This document shows, piece by piece, positions 47,712 through 55,709 of a DNA stretch of 64,000 nt. The stretch is from Anaerohalosphaeraceae bacterium (GTDB taxonomy: Bacteria; Planctomycetota; Phycisphaerae; Sedimentisphaerales; Anaerohalosphaeraceae). Made by a program: the position numbers and the translations under genes. The stretch's first letter is position 1. The number at the start of each line of letters is the position of its first letter. The notes under the pieces were generated by a model. It had not been told where the DNA came from, searched no databases, and was given only the letters and a program-made list of their open reading frames with translations. The DNA is taken from the NCBI GenBank assembly GCA_050309605.1, contig JBNRMN010000034.1, forward strand, positions 1-64,000. Reading direction: 5' to 3'.

Positions 47712-49247
47712 TTATGTTTGAATCGGCGGGGGCATGGCGATTAGCCGTCGGCAAAAGCCCAAAGTTCCCAATGCGCTTTCGACGGATGGTGTGTTATCAT
47801 CAAAACCGAATACGAAAACCGTCGGTTCGAAGGGTCCGATGGCGGCAGCGAGGCTGTCCCGAACCGACGCGCTCGGAGCGTAAATCAGAAGGCATGCGTA
47901 GTTCTCGACCGCCGTTGTGATCATAGACGGTATCCCCTGCGGCCGGCCGTACAATCCGAAGAGATCCAGCCCATCGAAAACCGTGGCTTGTATGGCCTTC
48001 TCTAATTGTTTAGGCGGAACGTCAAAGACCTGCGCCAGGGCATGTCGCTGTGGGTCGGCATCGATCAGGAGCAGCGTTTGGCCCTGTTGGGCCAGTTCAA
48101 TGGCGGTGTTGACAAAGGTGGTTACCGGCAGATCACGGACCTGTTCTGCAGCAAATACCACGATCCGTGATGTCTCGGCTGCCTTGGTCGTATAGGCGGC
48201 CAGTTGACGATAATACCCCTGCGGCGTATCGGCACTGAACCTCGGCGTTTCAATCGGTATTGAATTATGTTGCGGCTCGAACTCGGCCAGTTGTTCATGC
48301 GACGTATCGCCGGCGGTGGCTTCCGAAATGACCGTAAAATCAGGATTCAGCAGTTCAACCGCTTCGCCGCGGCCGGTGGTTTTGTCCACGAGGGTAAAGA
48401 CCCGACCGACCTCGGCAGGCTCGTCTGGAACGGATCGCAGCGTCAGCGAGTCCTTGCCGGCCAGATAAGCGCCCGCCGCCGCCGAAAGCACTGCGGGAAT
48501 CAGACTGACTATCGCCAGTCCGACCGCCGAGGCTGAGGCCTGCGCGATCCGTTCAGCACCGGAGCCAAACTCCGAACCGGCCCCCAAAAACGGCCAAATC
48601 AGACAAGCCAGCATCGCCGTAATCTCAATGGCCCCCTCAGTTCGCATCAGCAGCGATGCCCCGGACAATTGAGCAAACAGACGCGACTCGTCGCCGATCT
48701 TTTCGGCCAGCGTCTGCGCCTGGCCGGCGGTGAGAATGCCCATTTTCAAATCGGTTTCAATGCCGACACATTTGAGCGGCCCGATACGCCTCAAATAGTG
48801 CTTGCCCGCTGCGGCGATTTTCTGACAGGTCGCAAACAACACCCCCAGCAGCACGACCGCCGCGGCCAGTCCCGCCAGCGCCGCGGCCAATGGCCATATC
48901 ACAGTAACGGTTTTTCCGAGTGCCGGAATCAGCAGCCCGCACGGCCTGCCTTGCAGCAGTTTTGTCCCGGCCGCACCGACCAGACCGATGCGCAGCAGGG
49001 CCGGAACGATAAGCAGCAGCGCAAAACCCTTCAAATCGGCCGTACTGGCCGCCGCTGGGAAGATCGTTGCCGCGGCAATCGTCAAACTCAGCACACACAC
49101 CCACAGAATGTCCAGAAGGATGTCAGGGATGGGCACAACCACGCCTGCCAGCAAGGCGCCCGCCGCGGCCAGGAAAACCGTTTCACGCCGGCTCCAGACC
49201 GTTCGATTTTGCCGATTTTCATAGATTTTTCGATCGTTTATCGACAT
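47712..49247 (-). CDS. Degenerate FlhA/FHIPEP membrane domain fused to a degenerate MinD/CpsD-like P-loop domain
   Basis: PIPDILLDIL, PALLRIGL, GIETDLKMGIL and RLFAQLSGAS follow the FlhA TM-region pattern; the C-terminus reads VTTFVNTAIELAQQGQTLLLIDADPQR. Confidence 0.65.
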   Translation of the reverse strand: MSINDRKIYENRQNRTVWSRRETVFLAAAGALLAGVVVPIPDILLDILWVCVLSLTIAAATIFPAAASTADLKGFALLLIVPALLRIGLVGAAGTKLLQGRPCGLLIPALGKTVTVIWPLAAALAGLAAAVVLLGVLFATCQKIAAAGKHYLRRIGPLKCVGIETDLKMGILTAGQAQTLAEKIGDESRLFAQLSGASLLMRTEGAIEITAMLACLIWPFLGAGSEFGSGAERIAQASASAVGLAIVSLIPAVLSAAAGAYLAGKDSLTLRSVPDEPAEVGRVFTLVDKTTGRGEAVELLNPDFTVISEATAGDTSHEQLAEFEPQHNSIPIETPRFSADTPQGYYRQLAAYTTKAAETSRIVVFAAEQVRDLPVTTFVNTAIELAQQGQTLLLIDADPQRHALAQVFDVPPKQLEKAIQATVFDGLDLFGLYGRPQGIPSMITTAVENYACLLIYAPSASVRDSLAAAIGPFEPTVFVFGFDDNTPSVESALGTLGFCRRLIAMPPPIQT

Positions 49248-49467
49248 TATTTAAGCATAATCATTGTCGTAATTGTTGCGTTCTCTTGCAATGCGACACA
49301 CACGACACAAACCCCGTGACGGCGCTGCAGTATCCGGTTCCCTATCGTAGCAAATAACCGCTGTACTGGGAACTGTTTTTGTCGGCCAAATCAGCCCGAA
49401 CCTTCTCTGGCTTTGACTTGACTCAGAAGCGCTGTTTCGAATTTGCCCCGTGCTGGGCGGATTTTTC

Positions 49468-49497
49468 TTGACAATTCGTCCAAGCGGTGTATATAGA
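49468..49497 (+). promoter_or_regulatory. Sigma70-type promoter for tRNA-Gly
   Basis: TTGACA-N16-TATATA (or N18-TATAGA) about 20 nt upstream of the tRNA. Confidence 0.6.
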
Positions 49498-49517
49498 CCT
49501 TGCAGACAAGCACTTAG

Positions 49518-49588
49518 GCGGGCGTAGTTCAGTGGTAGAACACCAGCTTCCCAAGCTGGATACGCCAGTTCGATTCTGGTCGCCCGCA
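49518..49588 (+). tRNA. tRNA-Gly (anticodon CCC); CCA not encoded
   Basis: Acceptor stem GCGGGCG/CGCCCGC, D-arm GTTC-AGTGGTA-GAAC, anticodon arm CCAGC-TTCCCAA-GCTGG and T-arm GCCAG-TTCGATT-CTGGT. Confidence 0.96.
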
Positions 49589-49730
49589 TTCATTTTTGGC
49601 CTGAAAATGAGGTTTTCAGGTTTTTTTACTCCATTTTTCCCGCGTCCGGGATATTCCCCCTTTGACGCTGCGGCCAGTGTATGTGGAGTCGATGAGCGGT
49701 GCGTACTGTGTTGGTTCCGGTTATGCCGGG

Positions 49731-50855
49731 TTAGGACGATGCTGACGGCCCTTCCTCTGGAGTCGGCGGGGGATTGTAGGAACCGAGCAGCATGGCCATC
49801 CAGCGGGTTTCCTTGTTGGTCTGCAGGGCAATCTTGACGGTCATTGTCAGCGGCACCGACAGCAGCATCCCCATCGGGCCGAGCACCCACCCCCAGAAAA
49901 TTAACGACAAAAAGACCACCAGGGTCGAAAGCCCAAGCCGCTGCCCCATCAAGCGCGGCTCAAGGAAGTTGCCGATGGACACATTGATGATGACGTAGCC
50001 CAGCAGCGTCATGATCGCCGTAGCCGGACCGTGCTGCACCAGTGCCAGCAGAACCGCCGGAACCGCGGCGAGCAATGAGCCGATATTCGGGACAAAATTC
50101 AGCAAAAACGCGATCAACCCCCAGACCACCGGATAGTTGACCTTCAGCACAATCAGCAGCCCCATAACCAGCAGACCCGTGGCCAGACTCAGCGCGGTCT
50201 TCAGCGCCAGATACCGCTTGACATTGTTGGCGATTTGCGAGAGGTTTTCAAAGGTTTCCTCGGAGTTCAGCGCTTCACGAATCTTGCTCGGAAGAGCCGA
50301 CGCCTCCATCAACATAAAGACCATCATCAGATAAATGACAAACCCGTTTTTCAGAAGCGTCCCCAACTGAGCCAGCAGTTCACGGACAAATTTAACAACG
50401 GCGCTGGCGTCGGGTTTGATCAGTTCCCGAAGGGAATCCTGAACGTCCACTCCTTTTTCATCCAGCCAGTTAATCAGCAGATTGCTGTTGTCTTCGAGTC
50501 GCTTGGCATATTCGGGCAGGGTTTTGGTAAAATCTGTAATGGACGCGGCCAGCAGAGAGCCGACCAGGATTCCGATAGCCAAAATGACCAGTGAGATAAT
50601 CAGAATGGCGAAAAAAGTGGAAATCTTTCTTTTTTTCATCCAGAACAGGGCGGGCGTGCTGATAATCGCCAGAAACACCGCCAGCAAAAACGGAATAATG
50701 ATATTGACTGCCGCCTGCATCCCGCCCACGATGACGACAAACGATGCGGCCGAGACCAGAAACTTGATCGGAGACGGCAGATGGTCCGACGGCGGCGTCG
50801 GCACACCTGAATCCGGTGAAGGTTGTGTTGTCGGCGAATTTGTCATCGTTGGCAC
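49731..50855 (-). CDS. AI-2E (PerM/TqsA) family transporter
   Basis: IIPFLLAVFLAII, LLNFVPNIGS, GNFLEPRLMG..LGLS and GMLLSVPLT. Confidence 0.92.
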   Translation of the reverse strand: MPTMTNSPTTQPSPDSGVPTPPSDHLPSPIKFLVSAASFVVIVGGMQAAVNIIIPFLLAVFLAIISTPALFWMKKRKISTFFAILIISLVILAIGILVGSLLAASITDFTKTLPEYAKRLEDNSNLLINWLDEKGVDVQDSLRELIKPDASAVVKFVRELLAQLGTLLKNGFVIYLMMVFMLMEASALPSKIREALNSEETFENLSQIANNVKRYLALKTALSLATGLLVMGLLIVLKVNYPVVWGLIAFLLNFVPNIGSLLAAVPAVLLALVQHGPATAIMTLLGYVIINVSIGNFLEPRLMGQRLGLSTLVVFLSLIFWGWVLGPMGMLLSVPLTMTVKIALQTNKETRWMAMLLGSYNPPPTPEEGPSASS

Positions 50856-50956
50856 ATTGAACGAATTACCTTATTCCCACAGCATTAACTGCCTATTACC
50901 ATATCCTTGAAGAGCTTTTCGGTCAACTGAATTTACCTCTATTTCTTGTCTTGTGC

Positions 50957-50985
50957 TTGACGGCAAGGGAGTTTTCTCTATAATG
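50957..50985 (+). promoter_or_regulatory. Near-consensus sigma70 promoter for the ykgJ-like gene and hisS
   Basis: TTGACG-N17-TATAAT. Confidence 0.75.
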
Positions 50986-51038
50986 CGTCTTTTTGAGCCA
51001 TTTTTCAGAGACAGGAATGTTGGTCCCGGAGTGATTGA

Positions 51039-51515
51039 ATGACGAAAGTACGTAAAAAGTCCCCTAAAGCCTCAAATGCAAGAAGAAAATCAGCCGACAA
51101 AGTAACCCCGGCCTGCGTCAAGTGCAATGGCAAATGCTGCCGATATTTTGCGTTGCCGCTGGATAATCCGGAGGACTGGAGCGACTACGACGATATCCGC
51201 TGGTACCTGTGTCATGAAAACGTAACGGTATTTGTCGAAGACGGCCAGTGGTATCTGAACGTCAACAATAAATGCCGCCATTTATCCGAGACGAATTATC
51301 GATGTCAAATGTACGAACTGCGGCCCAAGATTTGTCGGGCGTATGAGACCGACGGCTGCGACCTGACCGGCAGCGGTTACGACTATGAGCTGCATTTTAC
51401 AAACGACAAGCAAATGGAAGAGTACATGCGCATCAAGTTTGGTCAAAAGGTGTTTGACAAACTTCAGGCCCCCAAAAAGAAGAAAAAATCCAAAAAGAAG
51501 TCCAAAACAAAGTAA
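51039..51515 (+). CDS. YkgJ family cysteine-cluster (CxxCxxCC) protein
   Basis: CVKCNGKCC, CRHL, CQMYELRPKICRAY; Lys-rich termini. Confidence 0.88.
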   Translation: MTKVRKKSPKASNARRKSADKVTPACVKCNGKCCRYFALPLDNPEDWSDYDDIRWYLCHENVTVFVEDGQWYLNVNNKCRHLSETNYRCQMYELRPKICRAYETDGCDLTGSGYDYELHFTNDKQMEEYMRIKFGQKVFDKLQAPKKKKKSKKKSKTK

Positions 51516-51521
51516 GTTGAT

Positions 51522-52823
51522 ATGAAAATCCCTTCGGTTAAAGGTACGCGGGACTTTTATCCCCCGCAGATGGCGGTGCGGAATTATATCACCGACGGCT
51601 GGAAGGCCGTGTCGCTGCGCAATGGTTTTGTCGAATACGACGGGCCGATTTTTGAGTATCTCCAGATGTATCAAATCAAAAGCGGCGAGGAAATTGTCGA
51701 GCAGCTCTTTCATTTGACCGACCGCGGCGGCCGGGAACTGGCGATTCGCCCGGAGATCACCCCCACGCTGGCCCGGATGATCAACCAGCGGATTAACGCC
51801 TTGCCGCGTCCGATTAAGTGGTTCTCCGTGCCGCGGCTGTGCCGGGCCGAGCGTCCTCAAAAGGGGCGGCTTCGTGAATTTTTTCAATGGAATATCGACA
51901 TTGTCGGCGTCGATGACATTCTGGCTGATGCGGAAGTAATCTTTTGTACGCTGGACTATCTGCGGTCGGCAGGATTGACCGCCGCGGACATCACCGCCAA
52001 AATCTCCAGTCGAAAGCTGCTGGCGGCCTTGCTGATGCATCTGGGCATTGCGGAAGATCAACTTGAAACACTCTATCCGATTTTGGATAAAAAGGCCAAA
52101 CTCCCGCCCGATACGTTTGCGGCGATGCTGGCCGAGGCGGTTGCCAACCAAGCGGCCGTTCAGATCATCTTGAAATTACTGGATATCCATTCGGTCGGCG
52201 ATATTCAAACGCTGGTTCCGGATGTCGCCTCCAACCGGCAGGCTCAATCCGCCCTGGGCGAATTGCATAGGCTCTTTGACTTGTTGAAGGCGATGGGGGT
52301 GGCCGACTACTGCCGATTTGACATGAGCATCGTTCGCGGGTTGGCCTACTATACGGGGATGGTCTTTGAGGTGCACGATGCCGTGGGCGATTTGCGCGCG
52401 GTCTGCGGCGGCGGGCGATACGATAACCTGCTGCGCGATTTCGGCGGGCCGGCACTGTCGGCAACCGGGATGGGCATGGGCGATTGCGTATTGGAAATTC
52501 TGCTTCGTGACCGGGGGCTTCTTACTGAGTCGTTGTCCCATCGCCACGTGGATTTTTTTGTGGTTTGTATGGATGAGGCATTGATGTCCAAAGCCCTGGA
52601 CATTGTGGCCCGACTTCGGTCTTGTGGAAAATCGACGGAGTTCAGCTACAAAACAGTCGGTCTCGGTAAACAACTCAAGCTGGCCGATGCCTGCGGCGCC
52701 CGACAGGTGCTCATTATCGGACAGGAATATCTCGACGAACAAAAAATTATATTAAAAGAGATGCAAACCGGCACTCAACGTGCAGTTGACGAAGACAGTC
52801 TGTTTGTTTTGGATTCCGACTGA
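51522..52823 (+). CDS. hisS: Histidine--tRNA ligase
   Basis: KGTRDF, RPEITP, RAERPQKGRLREFFQ, RGLAYYTG and GGGRYD. Confidence 0.97.
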   Translation: MKIPSVKGTRDFYPPQMAVRNYITDGWKAVSLRNGFVEYDGPIFEYLQMYQIKSGEEIVEQLFHLTDRGGRELAIRPEITPTLARMINQRINALPRPIKWFSVPRLCRAERPQKGRLREFFQWNIDIVGVDDILADAEVIFCTLDYLRSAGLTAADITAKISSRKLLAALLMHLGIAEDQLETLYPILDKKAKLPPDTFAAMLAEAVANQAAVQIILKLLDIHSVGDIQTLVPDVASNRQAQSALGELHRLFDLLKAMGVADYCRFDMSIVRGLAYYTGMVFEVHDAVGDLRAVCGGGRYDNLLRDFGGPALSATGMGMGDCVLEILLRDRGLLTESLSHRHVDFFVVCMDEALMSKALDIVARLRSCGKSTEFSYKTVGLGKQLKLADACGARQVLIIGQEYLDEQKIILKEMQTGTQRAVDEDSLFVLDSD

Positions 52824-52904
52824 GGCGCTTCTGCCTGACTGGCGGATCCCTGTTTTTTCGGACGACATGATGTCAGATCAAATACACCTCCCGAATTCTG
52901 CGGC

Positions 52905-52933
52905 TTGACAGCCTTTCGGCTTATTGCTACTAT
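52905..52933 (+). promoter_or_regulatory. Sigma70-type promoter of the rnk pair
   Basis: TTGACA-N17-TACTAT. Confidence 0.7.
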
Positions 52934-53064
52934 TAGGCGAAGTTATTTTTTATTGAATGAAATAGCGGTCAACATGCCGATATAGGCTAAAACAGGTCTC
53001 GAAACAGGCTGATTTATTAGCGGGTATGTGAAAGGACCTGTTCACAACAGAAAGGAACTCTGTA

Positions 53065-53481
53065 ATGGCGACAAAAAAGATTCAGGTTACCCAAACGGAT
53101 CATGAACGGTTAACGGCTCTGGTCGAGTCAATGCGTAATCTACCGTCGCGCGATCAAGCCTGTCTGGATAAACTTCGGGGTGAGCTGAATCGTGCACGGA
53201 TTATTTCGACCAAGCGAGTCAAGCCCGATGTGGTGACGATGAATTCGACAGTGGCCTTGCGTGATCTGGATAATGGGCAGATATTTGAGTATCAATTGGT
53301 CTATCCGCAGGACGCCGATCCGGAAGAAAACAAGCTCTCTATATTGGCGCCGGTGGGCACGGCGTTGCTGGGTTACAGTATCGGGGATATCGTAGAATGG
53401 CAGGTACCGGCCGGAGTGCGCCGCTTTAGCATCGAAGGCATCACGTATCAACCGGAAGCGGCCGGCGATTATCATCTCTGA
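53065..53481 (+). CDS. rnk: Nucleoside diphosphate kinase regulator Rnk (GreA/GreB family)
   Basis: D..RL, ELNRA, PDVVTMNS, LVYP, SILAPVGTALLG and YQPEAAG. Confidence 0.92.
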   Translation: MATKKIQVTQTDHERLTALVESMRNLPSRDQACLDKLRGELNRARIISTKRVKPDVVTMNSTVALRDLDNGQIFEYQLVYPQDADPEENKLSILAPVGTALLGYSIGDIVEWQVPAGVRRFSIEGITYQPEAAGDYHL

Positions 53482-53498
53482 GAAAGGAGCGCAGATGT

Positions 53499-53966
53499 AT
53501 GCTGCATACCGCACAGCCGATCAAGCCGCCAACCCTCTGGGAATCGTTTCGGCAGCGTTTTTTTCGGCGGCACGACGAGCAGGTGCGCATTTTTTCGGAA
53601 ATCGATTATTATCGTTTTCAGGGCTTATTGACCAGGCAGCATCAGGTCGCTTATCCTTCGCTGGCCGCCCATTTGCAGCAGCTTCGCCGACTCATCCACC
53701 GCGGCTATTTATACCCGTGTAAAGCGGTTCCCGCCAATTTGGTGACGATGAATTCAGTGGTTTTGCTCCGGTCGCGTCGCGGCACGGCCTTTCGCGTCAG
53801 TTTAGTGTATCCGCCGCAGGCGAATCATCAGGAACGAAGGTTTTCGATTCTTTCGCCGCTCGGTCTGGCCATGATTGGACGGTCTGAAGGGCAGCAGATC
53901 TCTGACAATTTGATGATAGAAAAACTTCTCTATCAGCCGGAAAGTCTCGGCAATTACTACACTTAG
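53499..53966 (+). CDS. Second, divergent Rnk/GreAB-family paralogue
   Basis: DYYRF, VPANLVTMNS, SLVYP, SILSPLGLAMIG and LYQPESLG; AAGGAG RBS. Confidence 0.8.
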   Translation: MLHTAQPIKPPTLWESFRQRFFRRHDEQVRIFSEIDYYRFQGLLTRQHQVAYPSLAAHLQQLRRLIHRGYLYPCKAVPANLVTMNSVVLLRSRRGTAFRVSLVYPPQANHQERRFSILSPLGLAMIGRSEGQQISDNLMIEKLLYQPESLGNYYT

Positions 53967-54127
53967 ACTCGCCGAACCCAGCTCTTGCATCACGCCGACC
54001 AAAGGATGCCGTTGGCGGTGATGTCATCGATTCGCCGCCCCCCTGCATTTCCGCAGGTTGTGCCCGTTATTGACGCAGGATAAAATGCTTGCATTCGCAG
54101 CGATTCTGCGGTTTATTGTCAGCCGGT

Positions 54128-54700
54128 ATGGGTGCCAAACCAGACGGACAAAATGAATATGAAAAGGCGTTCGAAGGGTGGCTCTGTGAGCGGGGGATGC
54201 GTTTTGCCCGGGTCGATCAGACACACCGCTGTCTGTTCGAGGGACAGCCCCTCAAGACGTTTGATTATGTGCTCTATCCAAAGCAGGGCGGCTGCGTTTT
54301 GGTGGAGTTGAAGGGGCGCCTGTTTCGAGGGTGTTCTTTGGCGCGGCGAACAGGGCTGCAAACATGGGTTCTGGCCGAGGATGTCGCCGCGCTGGCGCAT
54401 TGGCGCACGCAGTTTGACCGTCAGATGCCGCCAACAAGAGCGCTATTTGTGTTCGCCTACCGGATTGAGCAGATTGCGGCTGATTGCGACGGATTGGATG
54501 TGTATGAAGCCGACGGTCAGCGGTTTATATTTCTGGCGATTCGACAGGGGGATTATCAATCCTGTATGCGGCCGCGCAGCGGTCGCTGGAAAACGGTGTC
54601 ATGTCCGGCAAAGGATTTTCGAGTATTGAGCTTTCCGCTCGAACAGATTTGGCTTGGAGAACAAAACACAAATGAATTCCACGATACATACATTGGCTGA
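54128..54700 (+). CDS. HYExAFE-family protein (PD-(D/E)xK nuclease-like)
   Basis: NEYEKAFEGWL, VDQ..R, KTFDY and LVELKGR; overlaps the bioB start. Confidence 0.7.
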   Translation: MGAKPDGQNEYEKAFEGWLCERGMRFARVDQTHRCLFEGQPLKTFDYVLYPKQGGCVLVELKGRLFRGCSLARRTGLQTWVLAEDVAALAHWRTQFDRQMPPTRALFVFAYRIEQIAADCDGLDVYEADGQRFIFLAIRQGDYQSCMRPRSGRWKTVSCPAKDFRVLSFPLEQIWLGEQNTNEFHDTYIG

Positions 54701-55709
54701 GCAAATCCTGGCCGGCGACCTTTTGTCTGTCGAACAGACAAAGCGCCTCTCGGAGGCCTCCTGTGGCAGCCTTGATGATCTGCTGTACTGGGCCAGCCGG
54801 ATTCGCCGGCGTTTTTTCGGCAACCAGATACGGATCTGTTCTATTGTGCCGGGACGTCTGGGCGGATGCAGTCAGGATTGTGCGTTTTGTGCCCAGTCGG
54901 TACGATACGAGACCGGTATCGACAAAACGCCGAAGGTGCTGACCGATGAGCAGATTATCGCCGCCGCCGCCGAGGCCAAGCGCAAAGGCGTGCCCAATTT
55001 CGGCATCGTATATAGCGGCAAGGCCGTCAGCGATGCGGAACTGGAGCGGCTGATTGCCCTGACCGGACGCATCAGGAATGAATACGGGCTGGGGGTGTGT
55101 ATGGGGCTGGGCATTTTGAATGACCGTCAGATGCAGCGGCTGGCCCGGGCCGGCGTCGTTCGTTACAATCACAATCTTGAAACCTCCCGACGGCATTTTG
55201 CCGATATCGTGACAACCCACTCATACGACGATCGCATCCGCACGATTGAAGCCGCCGTGAAAGCCGGTCTGGGCGTCTGTGCCGGCGGCATCTTCGGCAT
55301 CGGCGAACGTGAGCAGGATCGCCTCGATATGGCCTTTGAGCTGCGGCGGCTCGGCGTCGATACCGTACCGATGAACTTTTTGCATCCGATTGCCGGAACG
55401 CCGCTGGAACACGCTGAAACACTTAAGCCCCGCGAAATCCTTCGACTCATCGCTCTGTATCGTTTTATTCTGCCTCGCACTCATCTCAAGGTCGCCGGCG
55501 GCAGGGTGCTGAACCTGCGCGATCTGCAAAGCTGGATTTTTTACGCCGGCTGCACGAGTATCCTGTCCGGCCATTATCTGACCACGGCCGGCCGGTCGGT
55601 TGACCAGGATATGCAGATGCTGCACGATCTGGAATTGACCCCGGTCTCTGAAATATTGATCAAAGAACAAAACGCCGCTACGTCACAAACACAGGGAGTT
55701 GCTCAATGA
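54672..55709 (+). CDS. bioB: Biotin synthase
   Basis: Radical SAM motif CSQDCAFCAQS, YNHNLET, CAGGIFG.GE, VPMNFL and YLTT. Confidence 0.95.
   Translation: MNSTIHTLAEQILAGDLLSVEQTKRLSEASCGSLDDLLYWASRIRRRFFGNQIRICSIVPGRLGGCSQDCAFCAQSVRYETGIDKTPKVLTDEQIIAAAAEAKRKGVPNFGIVYSGKAVSDAELERLIALTGRIRNEYGLGVCMGLGILNDRQMQRLARAGVVRYNHNLETSRRHFADIVTTHSYDDRIRTIEAAVKAGLGVCAGGIFGIGEREQDRLDMAFELRRLGVDTVPMNFLHPIAGTPLEHAETLKPREILRLIALYRFILPRTHLKVAGGRVLNLRDLQSWIFYAGCTSILSGHYLTTAGRSVDQDMQMLHDLELTPVSEILIKEQNAATSQTQGVAQ

Noticed and set aside
46001..49247. A functional flagellar or T3SS gene cluster
   Set aside because: No other fli/flg/flh genes are present, and the FlhA-like protein lacks its key charged residues and cytoplasmic domain.
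49518..49730. tRNA-Gly as an integration site for a genomic island
   Set aside because: I saw no integrase, no duplicated tRNA 3' end and no compositional shift; the flanking genes are ordinary.
52940..53045. Known riboswitch (c-di-GMP, fluoride, TPP) in the rnk leader
   Set aside because: I could not find the diagnostic conserved nucleotides by eye; it is kept only as a generic structured leader.
53495..53722. 75-aa ORF starting at 53495
   Set aside because: It overlaps the Rnk-like ORF at 53499 in another frame and has no motifs; the 53499 frame has clear homology.
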